Shown here: positions 11,883 through 22,989 of the stretch, in pieces
How the letters are laid out: each line of letters starts with the position of its first letter
Position numbering within the stretch: the first letter of the stretch is position 1
NCBI RefSeq assembly: GCF_001194135.2
Contig: NC_068994.1
Span: 17,362,183-17,426,182 of the forward strand
Length of the DNA stretch: 64,000 bases
Direction of reading: 5' to 3'
From: Octopus bimaculoides
Lineage: Eukaryota
Notes under the pieces: generated by a model
Databases searched by the model: none
Seen by the model: only the letters and a program-made list of their open reading frames with translations
What the model was told of the DNA's origin: nothing
Position numbers and translations under genes: made by a program

Positions 11883-14120
11883 TATATAGGCACACACACA
11901 AAACAGTGCATCAACATGGACGTCTCAAGCTTAAATAAGTATAAGAAAACATATATCCATATGTATAAATAATGGAGAAGACCTGTGGAGAAAGATAAAA
12001 TAAATACAACTTGAGAACTGATGTTCAGTCTCAGTAACACACACACACACGAGGCCCTCCCCTCATAAAAACTTACTAAAAACTGCCCAGAGGGTGGTGT
12101 TTCTACTTGTTTATACATACTATAAAAAATATTACATTTCATTCAATATCTGAGTTAACAAAAAAAAAAATTCAAACCATAAGTGTTAAATCAGTCATTT
12201 ATTGAAATTTTTCTGAAAATTACTTGGATTTGATTTAATTAGTTGTGTGGTTTGTTACAAGATCATTTTTTTAATTTTTAAATTAAAAGTCCTTTGGTGT
12301 TCATAACTTACACTTGTAAGAGAAAAGAGCAATTTGTAGCAAGTCTAGATGAGGTCTGACTCATGAAAAATCATAAGATAATTATGTGTATGTGTGTGTG
12401 TGTGTGTACAGGCAGGACTGTATAATTAAGAAGTTTGCTTCCCAACCACATGGCTTCGAGTTCAGACTTACTCTATGGCATGTTGAACAAGTTCTACTAT
12501 AATACTACACCAAACAGACTTATGAATGGATCTGGTAGACAGAAACTGAAAGAAACCTGTCATTTATAAATATATTTATGTATGTCTCTGTATATATATA
12601 TAATGTGTGTTATTTCTTTACTACCCACAAGGGGCTACACACAGAGGGGAGAAACAAGGACAGACAAACGGATTAAGTCGATTATATCGACCCCAGTGCG
12701 TAACTGGTACTTATTTAATCGATCCCGAAAGGATGAAAGGCAAAGTCAACCTTGGCGGAATTTGAACTCAGAACGTGCTAACGTTTCTGCCAGCTCGCCA
12801 CCTTATATATATATCGTGTGTGGGTGTGTGAGATTGTGCATATGTTTATATATCCTTGTCTTGACATTACACGACAGTTGTAAACGATTGTCACTGTCAT
12901 ACAAGCAGTGTCATTCATTTCCATTATTTTGTGAAAAAAAATGTTTGACCATGGAGAGACATTATCTTGTTTGGAAATACATGAGGGTTGGTACTAGGAA
13001 AGGCATCCAGCCATAGAAAATCCACCTCAATAAATTCTGTACAATCCATGCAAGCATGAAAAAGTGACCTTTAAAATAACAATGATGATGATATATATCA
13101 TCTAAATTTTGCAAGACTAAACATTGGTAGCAATCTTTGAAGCTGAATAAGTCAACAATTCTTGCTTCATCGTAATTTATCTATTTCACTTCATTTAGAT
13201 TTTCGACACCACTGAAACAGGTATCATTGTCAACCTTAAATTTGTCCTTCCCCAAAGTCAACAGGGTTAATCTCTTATTCATAAATGTATCTCTGGTCAT
13301 ATATTTTCAAACAATCGGTTCTATCCTAGTTGCTTTCAATATTTATCTGATTGATATATAATGAGAAATTATTGATCGATTGATTGATTTCAGTCCAGGC
13401 CTATATGTGCAGGTATAATGCGGTTTTACTGGTGTGGATAAGAATCTTGAATGAAAAAGCTATACTGATGAAATATTAAAGGGAGGTCACTCAAAGTATC
13501 TTTTAAATTAAAATTTTGTAACTTTGTCGTAATTAAAAAAAATTCTTTTAGTTTTGTAAAGATTTCAAGCACATTCTGTCTTAATGCATTTTAAATTTTG
13601 TTCATTATTTTGTTACACTAGGAGTGGTCTGCATCTGTAAATATCGCAATCTCTTGAGAATTTCTCGACCAGTACAACTTAATACATTTGCAACAATTAA
13701 AACTTGACATTAATTGTACAGTAAAAAGAAAGGAGATATTAGATGAGGTAGTCCTCCACCCAGCTCAAAAGACAGGAAAGCTATGGTTGGAATGTTTTTG
13801 GTCATATGTCTGAGTGATCAGACTTGACCTTGGCTAAACAACAGTTTCTAATACAATTACAACTAGATCGATAATAATTCACGGTTAATTTTCATTTATT
13901 GCTATTAGCATTGTAGTGTCATAGATGGTTAGATTTGCTTATGCGATATTTCTAATAAAAGCGTTTAATTATCTTGAAGCTTTCCGGTAACTGCATTCAG
14001 TGGATAAAAATCTTTTATTAAAATTTTTTCCCCTAGAAGGAATGTGAAGGTGAACGAAAATAGTTTCATCGTTAATATTAAACATGGTATTTTCAGTCGC
14101 TTGTTTACTGATAATACATT

Positions 14121-14167
<47 letters not shown>

Positions 14168-16928
14168 AACAGACAGAGACAATGCATTTTTTTTTTTTAC
14201 TCTAGGCACAAGGCCTGAAATTTTGGGGGAGGGGTCCAGTCGATTAGATCGACTCCAGTACGCAACTGGTACTTAATTTATCGACCCCGAAAGGATGAAA
14301 AGCAAAGTCGACCTCGGCAGAATTTGAACTCAGAGCATAAAGACAGACGAAATACCGCTAAGCATTTCGCCCGACGTGCTAACATTTCTGCCAGCTCGCC
14401 GCCATAGAGAGGATGCCTATTGGCTTTTGTACATCGGCGTGTGTGTACACACACACACTGTGCCTTTTTGTCTCCGCTTGATTCTCAGTCAACAATTTAT
14501 CACGAATCACTTTGGAGTATTTTTCAACTGGGGTTCATATAAGATTTTGTTGTTAAAATTTATGTGGTTATACTCTTACAATATACTCTTACAATATACA
14601 AAATATTCTAACAATTTTTTATGCAGTTCCTAATAGTATTTAATTATGAAAATATAACAGAATTTTTTGTATGTTCATCGAATGGCTATGAGGGTCTACC
14701 CAAGTGGAATATGAATCAATGGGATCCACAGGCCAAAATTGGTTGAAAACCACTACTCAAAGTGGTCGCACTACCCATCAGAAATAGCAGCAAAATCTCA
14801 CTAAACCCAGACCTTTCAGCTTGAAAAAAAGGATAAATACTTTGGATAATGTAGTCATAGATACACCATGTCTGAAAATAAGACGTGATAGCCACGACTG
14901 GAACGTCTCTGATATTAATTAGCTAGGTTGAATTCGGTTTGATCCGAGTCCAAATAACAATCATTTTTCTCCCCCACTATTTTATCACTTGGTATCACAT
15001 TTTGACCGCATTATATTCAGGAACATCCTTAGTTTAATCCTAAATATTCTAAACTGGTTCTTATAAATGTTAGGGTTAGAATTCTCATTATTGTTTGTCA
15101 AATTCATATATTGTGGGTGTTTACTTTTACTAGATAAACCGGCTAGGCTGTATTTCATGTCAAGCAGTGTCATTTGAAAACCGAGTTTTATCAGATAAAA
15201 TGTTGAAGATGGTGACTCATCGGTGGTTTCAAGACAAAATAACTGCATATGACGCAAAATAACATCGATTGTATTGGGTGTTAGGAGCACTTGTTGATGT
15301 AGACGTATTATTATTAACCTTCCTTATTTTATCCTTGTGCGCACAAAACTAAATTTGACATACGAGAAGACATCGTAACTAATTTGACGAGTTAAATTTA
15401 TACGGGATCGACAAAAGCTTTCGATGGATTAAAAATCGAACTTTTAAAGTATATACGTACATTCATGACTAGATGGTCATTTAAATCAAAATTTGTCAAT
15501 GTACGATTTGATTTTAATTCTTAATTTCTTCTTAGCTTTATCCTGTTTCCATCGAACTTTCCTTAACCCTTTTGTTACCATATTTCTGTTGAGATGCTGT
15601 GTTTCTTTCAATTAATTTTAAATATAACAAAGAATTTAGTAAAATAACTTAGTTATTATTAAGCTCGTGTTAGGAACATAAATTGTGACTTAAGTTTAGT
15701 GGAAGATTTTAATTCAGAACTGCATCCATCATTCTAGACGTTCTCAGAATTCACCAGTTTATGTTTGTATGAAAACCGAAGCCTAATTAAGTTTGTAAGC
15801 TTTTCTTTTAAACCGCTTCTTTTTTCATAAAAAAATTTCCGATGTTTTCGTATTAGTTTCATTCATTGAACTACATTTACGTATATATATTACTTGGCCT
15901 TGTGTGTAGACATTTGTACATAAGCACAAGTTCATCTATTGTTAGTAAAGTTGTCAAATGTCATGAAACACCTTGCTTAGAATCAGGTTAATCATGATTG
16001 TGCTGGCTTATGATCAAACGTGTTCCAGTCGTAACAAACCAGGTTTTTTAAAACTACATTATCCAATGTGTCCATTGATGCTGTTTTCTAAAATAGTAGG
16101 TTGTGATGAGATTTGGTTGCTGTTTCTAGCAGGTCGAACCACAACCTGGAGGGTTTATCATAACAGTATCTTTTTAATTATTTTTCTTTCAATTCTGAGG
16201 CAGAGGAAGGGCAAAGCCCATGGTGATTTTTCAGGTCGGAAGGGAAAGTGAAGAGATCCTCAGACTGAAGACTTGGCTTGAAACTGAAAACTTGCAACGG
16301 AGTGGGCTCCGCTAACACTACCCAAATATTAGATGGTGGTGATATAAAATTGGATGACAAAATAAGATTACCACTCACCAAAAATAAAAAGCAATTATTC
16401 TCCACAATTTGAGAATGAAAAGCATTAAATGAAAAAATTAATAAAACAAGTATTTCAGGGTCTTGTCCCATAAGTAGGGGGAGGTAAATTTAGAAATGGA
16501 GAAAATTAAATTACTACTACTAAAGATGAAAAAGAACGTAATAGAAATGGGTTCGGTTATGCCAACAGGAAAACAGAACTTGAAACATGAGTATTTATAG
16601 TTTGTTTTTGTTTTTTATCAATAATCAGCAGAATTGTCAATGCACGAAGTTCTCGGTACTTCAGTCACTCTGTAACTTCTACCGATTATTAATAAAAAAA
16701 AAAAAAAAAACGTATTAACAGAAATGTATATTTATTCAGTTGAATACGTTCTTTATATATTAAGTTTAAATGATATCAGATATGTATGGTTACATAAAAT
16801 GATTTATCATTTTCGTGTCATTGATGCCAACATGAGTTCGGTCGAGCAAATGTTTGTTTCTCCAGCACATACTTTTAAAACAGTCTTTCAAAGTATTTTC
16901 AAATACATATATACTGGGAGGTTCATTG

Positions 16929-17022
16929 TTATGGCCGGTCAGAGTGACCATTAGGTTTCGCACCTATAAAGCGCTTAGCCGTATAGGTAACTCGTCAGAC
17001 TCAAATAGTCATCGGCGCATAA
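16929..17022 (-). ncRNA. Type I hammerhead ribozyme with extended stem I
   Basis: Minus strand reads UUAUGCGCCG AUGACUA UUU GAGU CUGACGA GUUACCUAUA CGGCUAAGCGCUU UAUAGGUGC GAAA CC UAAU G GUC ACUC UGAC CGGCCAUAA. The catalytic core is complete, all three stems pair, and the GUC site predicts cleavage between 16946 and 16945. Confidence 0.88.
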
Positions 17023-17239
17023 GATTATTAATAATCAAGGGTAGTACAGGTAGCACCGGCACGCTAAAAATAGCAGTCAGAAGACAACTACAACCACAAA
17101 TTTCCACTGATACACATTAATTGAAGTCAGGGTAATGAGCAAAAATTCTAAGCCCCCGTACCAATAACGAAAAGATTACAATTCTTCAGTGTATCATATT
17201 CCCCAAAAAGAAACACACTCTAAAGCAGTAATGTATTTA

Positions 17240-17388
17240 TATGCAGTTAAGTCTGTATCCGGTCATAGAGTGACCAAAGGTTTCGCATCCCTAAAGGGCC
17301 TAGAGGCTAGCCCCGTCTATGGAGCCAGGCCATTTATGGATGCGAAATCATTGGTCACTCTATGACCGGAGACAGACTTAACTACATA
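17240..17388. repeat. 149-bp fold-back built from two copies of a hammerhead 3' half
   Basis: 51-bp arms with 4 mismatches plus about 11 further paired bases. Each arm reads outward ...GATGC GAAA (CCTTT/TCATT) GGTC ACTCTATGACCGG, homologous to the 16929-17022 motif. Confidence 0.85.
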
Positions 17389-17519
17389 GGTGTAGGAGTG
17401 GCTATGTGGTAAGTAGCTTGCTTACCAACCACATGCTTCCGGGTTCAATCCCACTGCGTGGCACCTTGGGCAAGTGTCTTCCGCTATAGCTTTTCTTTTA
17501 AACCGCTTCTTTTTTCATT

Positions 17520-18410
17520 GGATCAATGAAAGTCTGAAAATAATTGGCCCTATTGCGAATTAATTTCCGGAAGCATAGACACGTCACTTTCCTAATTATG
17601 CTACATGTAATATAAATAATCTTTTCTAGCGTTATACGCTTTCTTAAAAAAAAAAAGGCAATAAAGGTATCCACAGATCTGTCCTCAGAGAAACACGAAA
17701 GATCTACCGTGATAATATGACTATCTTCTGGTTTTGAGAACACCCATGCCTTTTATAACAGTACTGATTTCAATATTTCGAAAGCTAATTGAAATATATA
17801 ACTAAGGGTAACACGACACTCGTTTCCTTTACCCTTCTCATACAGTATTTTGACAATTTGGTTTAACACCCGCGGATGAGGAAGCGGAATTAAAGAAAAC
17901 ATAACTCATGCCAAGAAAAATCAAATGTCATGGGCAATGTTGAAGCTAAAAGGTGCTATTTCATTATATATACATATATTTAAGGAGGCGGGAGAATAGA
18001 CAGAGAAGTAGTGGAGGGCATCCAAATGTAACATATGTTATTGATACCGTGTTACAGGAAGTTCCGGGTCGAGAAAGGTGAAACTGAATTTTGATAAGGG
18101 ATTAGCTGACGGATGTCAGTATTGCGCAGACGTGTATTATGTGTTCTTAGCAGCAAAAGCATAACAGAAGAGAAATGGAAAGCTTAAATGAGAGAGAGAG
18201 AGAGAAATACAATGACAAAGTAGGAGGGGGAAGTTGAGAGTGAGGGAGAGAGATACAAAGATAGACGGGGCAGTCAAGAGTGAGGGAGAGAGATACAAAG
18301 ATAGACGGGGCAGTCAAGAGTGAGGGAGAGAGAGCGATACAAAAATAGAGGGGTGAAGGAGAGAGAGATACAAAGATAGAGGGGGGAATAGAGAGAGAGT
18401 TGAAGCCAGT
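17520..18410. promoter_or_regulatory. Probable divergent (bidirectional) promoter region
   Basis: CpG-retaining by eye. ETS-like TTCCGGAAGC (about 17565) and CAGGAAGT (about 18054), CRE-like CACGTCAC (about 17579), GC-box-like GAGGCGGGAG (about 17984). Minus-strand donor AGG|gtaaag at 17833/17832; plus-strand ATG exon at 18411. Confidence 0.5.
18238..18332 (+). repeat. 40-bp purine-rich minisatellite (2.4 perfect copies plus degenerate copies to about 18400)
   Basis: Unit GAGTGAGGGAGAGAGATACAAAGATAGACGGGGCAGTCAA at 18238 and 18278, partial copy at 18318. Confidence 0.95.
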
Positions 18411-18592
18411 ATGGCGACTGCCGATCGTGGAGTACCTCCCCCCAAAACATTTCAATACAAACAATGGGAAAGAATGGGTGAGACGACTGTCAAAGATGCT
18501 GACTTGGTTCGAGAAGAAGCCATCAAAGCCCATCACGATCACCTTATTACGGAAATCGAATCTGCCGACGGTCCACTGGCCACCACTCTCAG
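18411..18592 (+). CDS. First coding exon of an unidentified gene (MATADRGVPPPKTFQYKQWERMGETTVKDADLVREEAIKAHHDHLITEIESADGPLATTL)
   Basis: Good Kozak context gccagtATGG, coding-like composition against an AT-rich background, phase-2 donor AG|gtaaac. Confidence 0.8.
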
Positions 18593-19729
18593 GTAAACTT
18601 CTTAACGTCATAGCATTTGAAACCCAAGTCAAACTTTACTTCCCACTCGAAAACAATTCCTTTTTGTCCTTTTCTGACAAATCACTCCTCGAGTAATAAT
18701 AATTCCAGACAACTATTCAATTCCGTTTATTTCTCATGGATAATTTCCTATTGAAATGCCAACTTCTTTTAAACTTTTACATCTTAATTGTCGCTTTTAC
18801 ATTAATTAATGCCTTATGTAAAACATAACAAGTAGCACCTTCATTTAAGAAGGGAGACACCCCTCTTGTTTCTCATTTGTCAATCCATCCTTGTCTTTGC
18901 TGTTATTTCGGCTGTAAACAACTTACATGGTAACTTTTGGTGAAAGGGTCATCCTTCTTATCAACTTCGAAATTGTGTGGTGACATTCAATTTAGTTAGC
19001 CTTCTCTGTTGTACATACACACGCACACACGTACACAGCTATACATATATAATATAAAATTCCCTAGTTACGAAGCCTTCTCCCTTCCAAATTAATAATG
19101 TCTGTTATTTAGATGTAGTTGCATATATCGATTTCAAGAAAAGTAGTGTTTGGGTGGTTTAGGGTTCAGAAAATTGAGGAATAATTCTCAATAGTATTTA
19201 TGTATATTGCCTATATACGACAGCATGGTCAGGCTTCTGCAGTTTCGTTTCTCAATAAAAGTTTTGTTTTCCTACAAAATATAGACCTTTTCTGTGTTAT
19301 TTCCTGTGTTACAGACCTTCGCGCTAGGGTCTGCTGGTTTTCATAAATTAGTTTACAAACATCTTCGCCAACAAGCTGTCTTCTATAATTAAATCTGCTT
19401 GCTCCATAGAAAATCTGACTTAACTAGGTATCGTATTTTTTTTCCTTTCCTATTTGACAAGCATAGATTTTTTTTTTTTTTACACTTAACAGAATTTCTA
19501 AAGCATTGCATTTTGATCTAATCTGGCAAAACCCTTTTTCAGACGAGCCCTTGTCGTTTTTGCCGATAGACCTGTCTGACACTTCCTCTGCACCTTACAT
19601 ATATACGTATGTGTATATTTACACACACACACACTTGTATAAATATATATATGTGCTCCAGTATGGCCACAGTCAAATGACTGAAATAAAAGATATATAC
19701 ATGTGTGTATGTATTTATATATGTGTGTA

Positions 19730-19770
<41 letters not shown>

Positions 19771-19867
19771 ATGTATATGTTTATGTGTGTGTGTATATAT
19801 GTATATGTGTGTGCATGCATATGTATATATGTGTGTATATATATATGTGTGTGTGTATATATATATG

Positions 19868-19918
<51 letters not shown>

Positions 19919-19964
19919 ATGTATGTGTGTATATATGTGTATATATACGTATATATATGTGTGT

Positions 19965-20026
<62 letters not shown>

Positions 20027-20475
20027 ACACGTGTGTATATATGTATATGTGGGCATATATTTGAATGTATCTATCTATATAGTGGTTATAATCCAAGCTG
20101 TGTCCTTGTAAAGCACACCTGTATGTTCACATTCATCCAATGTATGTATATAGGCGTTTTGTTTTAAATGTGATATACATAGTAGTTGACATTTTTGGTG
20201 CATTCAGTTTGCAGAATGATTACATATCGAAACAGAAGACTGAAAAAATTTGGTATATTATTAATTCCATGTTACAGGTGTTTCATTACAAGATACGAGT
20301 AACAAAGATATACATGTAGAAAAAAAGGAAGAAAAAAACATAGTATCTCCTATCTGTAATTCTTCAGGCAGATTCAAAAGTAAAAATAATATGCATTTTT
20401 GAATCTTTGTCCAAAGAATTATGGATATGAAATTCTATACATGTTTTTTTTTATGTGTGTGAGTGTGTATACACG

Positions 20476-20507
<32 letters not shown>

Positions 20508-20528
20508 CACAGACACACACATACACAC

Positions 20529-20670
20529 ACGAGGGGGTGCTGAAAAGTTGCCTGGCTTTGGGTAAAAGAAAATACAGAAGGATCAGTTTATTATGATTTT
20601 ATTCAGCATATTCCCCTCATGGGTTCACACACTTATTGCAGCAGCCCCTTAGTTTTTCTGTGCCCTGTAA
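20529..20670 (-). mobile_element. Mariner 3' end fragment
   Basis: TIR-like CGAGGGGGTGCTGAAAAGTT. Minus-strand C-terminus FLQGTEKLRGCCNKCVN..RGEYAE*. Confidence 0.7.
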
Positions 20671-21402
20671 AAGATTTTATCTTACTCTGTAACTCACTCC
20701 CCATTTTTATCCAACTGAAGTATCCATGTGTCTGCCCTACAGCAAGACACCTATACCTGTCCCTGTATACCTTATATTTTTCAACTAGCACAAGGCCACA
20801 CTCACTCAATTCTACTCCCTCACCCACAGTTGAGGGGTTTACACCTTCAAAGCCCTCACATATCTACCACAACCACCACCCAGGAGGCTCTCCTATGTTT
20901 CTCTCCATCATTTACTGCAGTCATCTCCCCTACCTACTCACCCAGCCCAAGCCTCAATATCACCACCTATTCTCACCAACCTTATTGTCCCTCAAGGACT
21001 TGTCCTGATAAATTGGCTGTAATCTTTGTCACTATCACTGTCTTTATGTTACTCTCTAACTCACTCTCTTTTCTTTTCCAACTGGAGTATCCATGTATCT
21101 ACTCTACAGCAAGACACCTATACCTGCCCCTCTATACCTTTAATCTCTCAACTGGCACAAACCACAGCCCATCAATGCTACTCACCCCCAGTTGAGGGGC
21201 TTTTGTCTTCCAAGGTACTTGGTAACCCTGTTGGTGCTGGTGCCACATAAAAACCACTCAGTACACTCTGCAAAGTGGTTGGTGTTGCTGTAGAAACCAT
21301 GCCAAGACAGACAATGGAACCTGATGCAAACCCCAGCCATGCCAGCTCCTTATAAACCATCCAACCCATACCAGCATGGTAAACAGATGTTAACTGATGA
21401 TG
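20670..21402 (+). mobile_element. Long copy of SINE-like family B ((GAT)n tail, GGAAGGGCATCCAGCC family motif) with an internal ~170-bp direct repeat
   Basis: Shares GGTGTCTTGCT(A/G)TAGAG and ACCAGCAC..ACAGGGT.ACCAAGTA with the copy at 28965-29520. Shorter copies at about 5950-6345, 33630-33790, 40410-40582, 47330-47733, 49270-49700 and 50180-50291. Strand inferred from the tail. Confidence 0.75.
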
Positions 21403-21525
21403 ATATATGTATGTATGCATATATGTTTGTGTGTGTATTTATATATATATGCAGATATATGTATGTATGTATGTATATATATGTGTGTGTGGTGTGTATG
21501 TATGTATATATATGTATATATATAT

Positions 21526-21648
21526 ATATATTAATCAATGAAATTCCAACTAAGCATGGTTTTCATGTTTATTATTTGCTGTTTTCACAAATTGAAAATA
21601 ATAAAACATGAAAACCAGACTTAGTTGGAATTTCATTGATTAATATAT
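21526..21648. repeat. Fold-back with 45-bp arms (2 mismatches)
   Basis: ATATATTAATCAATGAAATTCCAACTAAGCATGGTTTTCATGTTT, then a spacer of about 33 nt, then the reverse complement. Confidence 0.92.
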
Positions 21649-21699
21649 TCTTCTATACACAATCATAAAAACCTCTATATAAATATATATATATATAGT

Positions 21700-21843
21700 T
21701 AAAAAAAAAATAACAAAAAAACAACAAAGTGAGGACGTGATATGGATAGTATTATTGGACGCTCAGGAAAGGAAAGAGAGAGTGTATGACGTTTCGGGCG
21801 TAGCCCTTCGTCGGAAAGATGGAAAGTTCGGAGAATGGAAGAA
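21700..21843 (-). mobile_element. Penelope-like element terminus with a minimal hammerhead motif (21788-21814), truncated by a gap
   Basis: Minus strand CCGACGA A GGGC UAC GCCC GAAA C GUC. Same architecture as 63590-64000. Minimal hammerheads are a known feature of Penelope-like termini. Confidence 0.7.
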
Positions 21844-22324
21844 NNNNNNNNNNNNNNNNNNNNNNNNNNNNNNNNNNNACACTACTGAATGTATAATTTT
21901 GTAATTGTGATATATAATTAACTGAAAAGGCATTAAATTAATTTTAAAACTGTTTACCCAAATCACCAGGAATGTCACATTATTTTAAACAGATAACTGT
22001 TACTGGTTTAAATTAATTAAGACATAAAAAACACCAAAAAGAAGAGGAAGGACAAAAAAAAATGCTAAATACAAAAATTCCTCCCCATATCGCGGTCCAC
22101 CTATCATGGTTTATTATTTAAGCTTACATCGATTCCTCTGTGGCGTTGTTTTGCATTTATAATAAAATAAATATATACAAATTATAAAAATAATAATAGA
22201 TATATATAGTACATTACTGTTTCTACTTCATGGATTTTCACCTATCGCAGGGCAGTTTTGGAATGCAACACCTGTGATAGTCGAGGGATTACTGTATATG
22301 GATGAGTGTGTGTGTGTGTGTATG

Positions 22325-22363
<39 letters not shown>

Positions 22364-22989
22364 GTTTATAGTGCATGTGTTTTTATTGGCAATATGACCA
22401 TCCCCAAATACAACAATATATATATATCTTTATATATATATATGCTGATCCCTATATTTTAGAATTATTTGGTCCTTTTTCCACTTCTTCCTAATGTTTT
22501 CTCTCTTAGTAACATTTGATAGTATTTATTTTAATGAAAAAACTTTGAGCATAATTAAAATATGAACTGTATGTGAAACTTATGCTTTTCTGCTAAATAT
22601 GTTGCTCTTAAAGACTATTGTAGCTGATTATGCATTAACATGCAAGTCAGTCCTGTTTGAATTGACTTCAATCTACCTTGGTGTGTAACGTGTTTATTTA
22701 TTGAGCTCTTAATCACCATAAATTTATTCTTTGGTATTTATACACCAGACAGCACTGCTAGCATGCTTTGCCACATGTCATCCATTTTTATGTTCTGATT
22801 TCATATTCAGCTGAGATGGTCTTTGCCATATGTCCTTTCCCAGTCAATGAAATAAGTACCAGTTGAGCTTTATGGTCAATGTGATCAACTTGCCCCACCA
22901 AAATATTTCAGACCTTTTGCCCAGTATCAGTTAGAAAGTGATTCAATAGCCAAGTGTTGTGCATGACACTTGATAAGTGCTAGGCACGA

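Noticed and set aside
15065-15080. TTAGGGTTAG telomere-like motif
   Set aside because: Fewer than two repeats; expected by chance.
18400-18696. 98-aa TTG-initiated ORF overlapping the 18411 exon
   Set aside because: Non-ATG start, runs through the splice donor; shadow frame.
19315-19427. Strong acceptor/donor pair as exon 2 of the 18411 gene
   Set aside because: Stops after three codons in the required phase 2; all frames close before the donor.
20190-20400. Candidate exons near 20192-20380
   Set aside because: Would need a 25-nt intron or an incompatible phase; no recognisable product.
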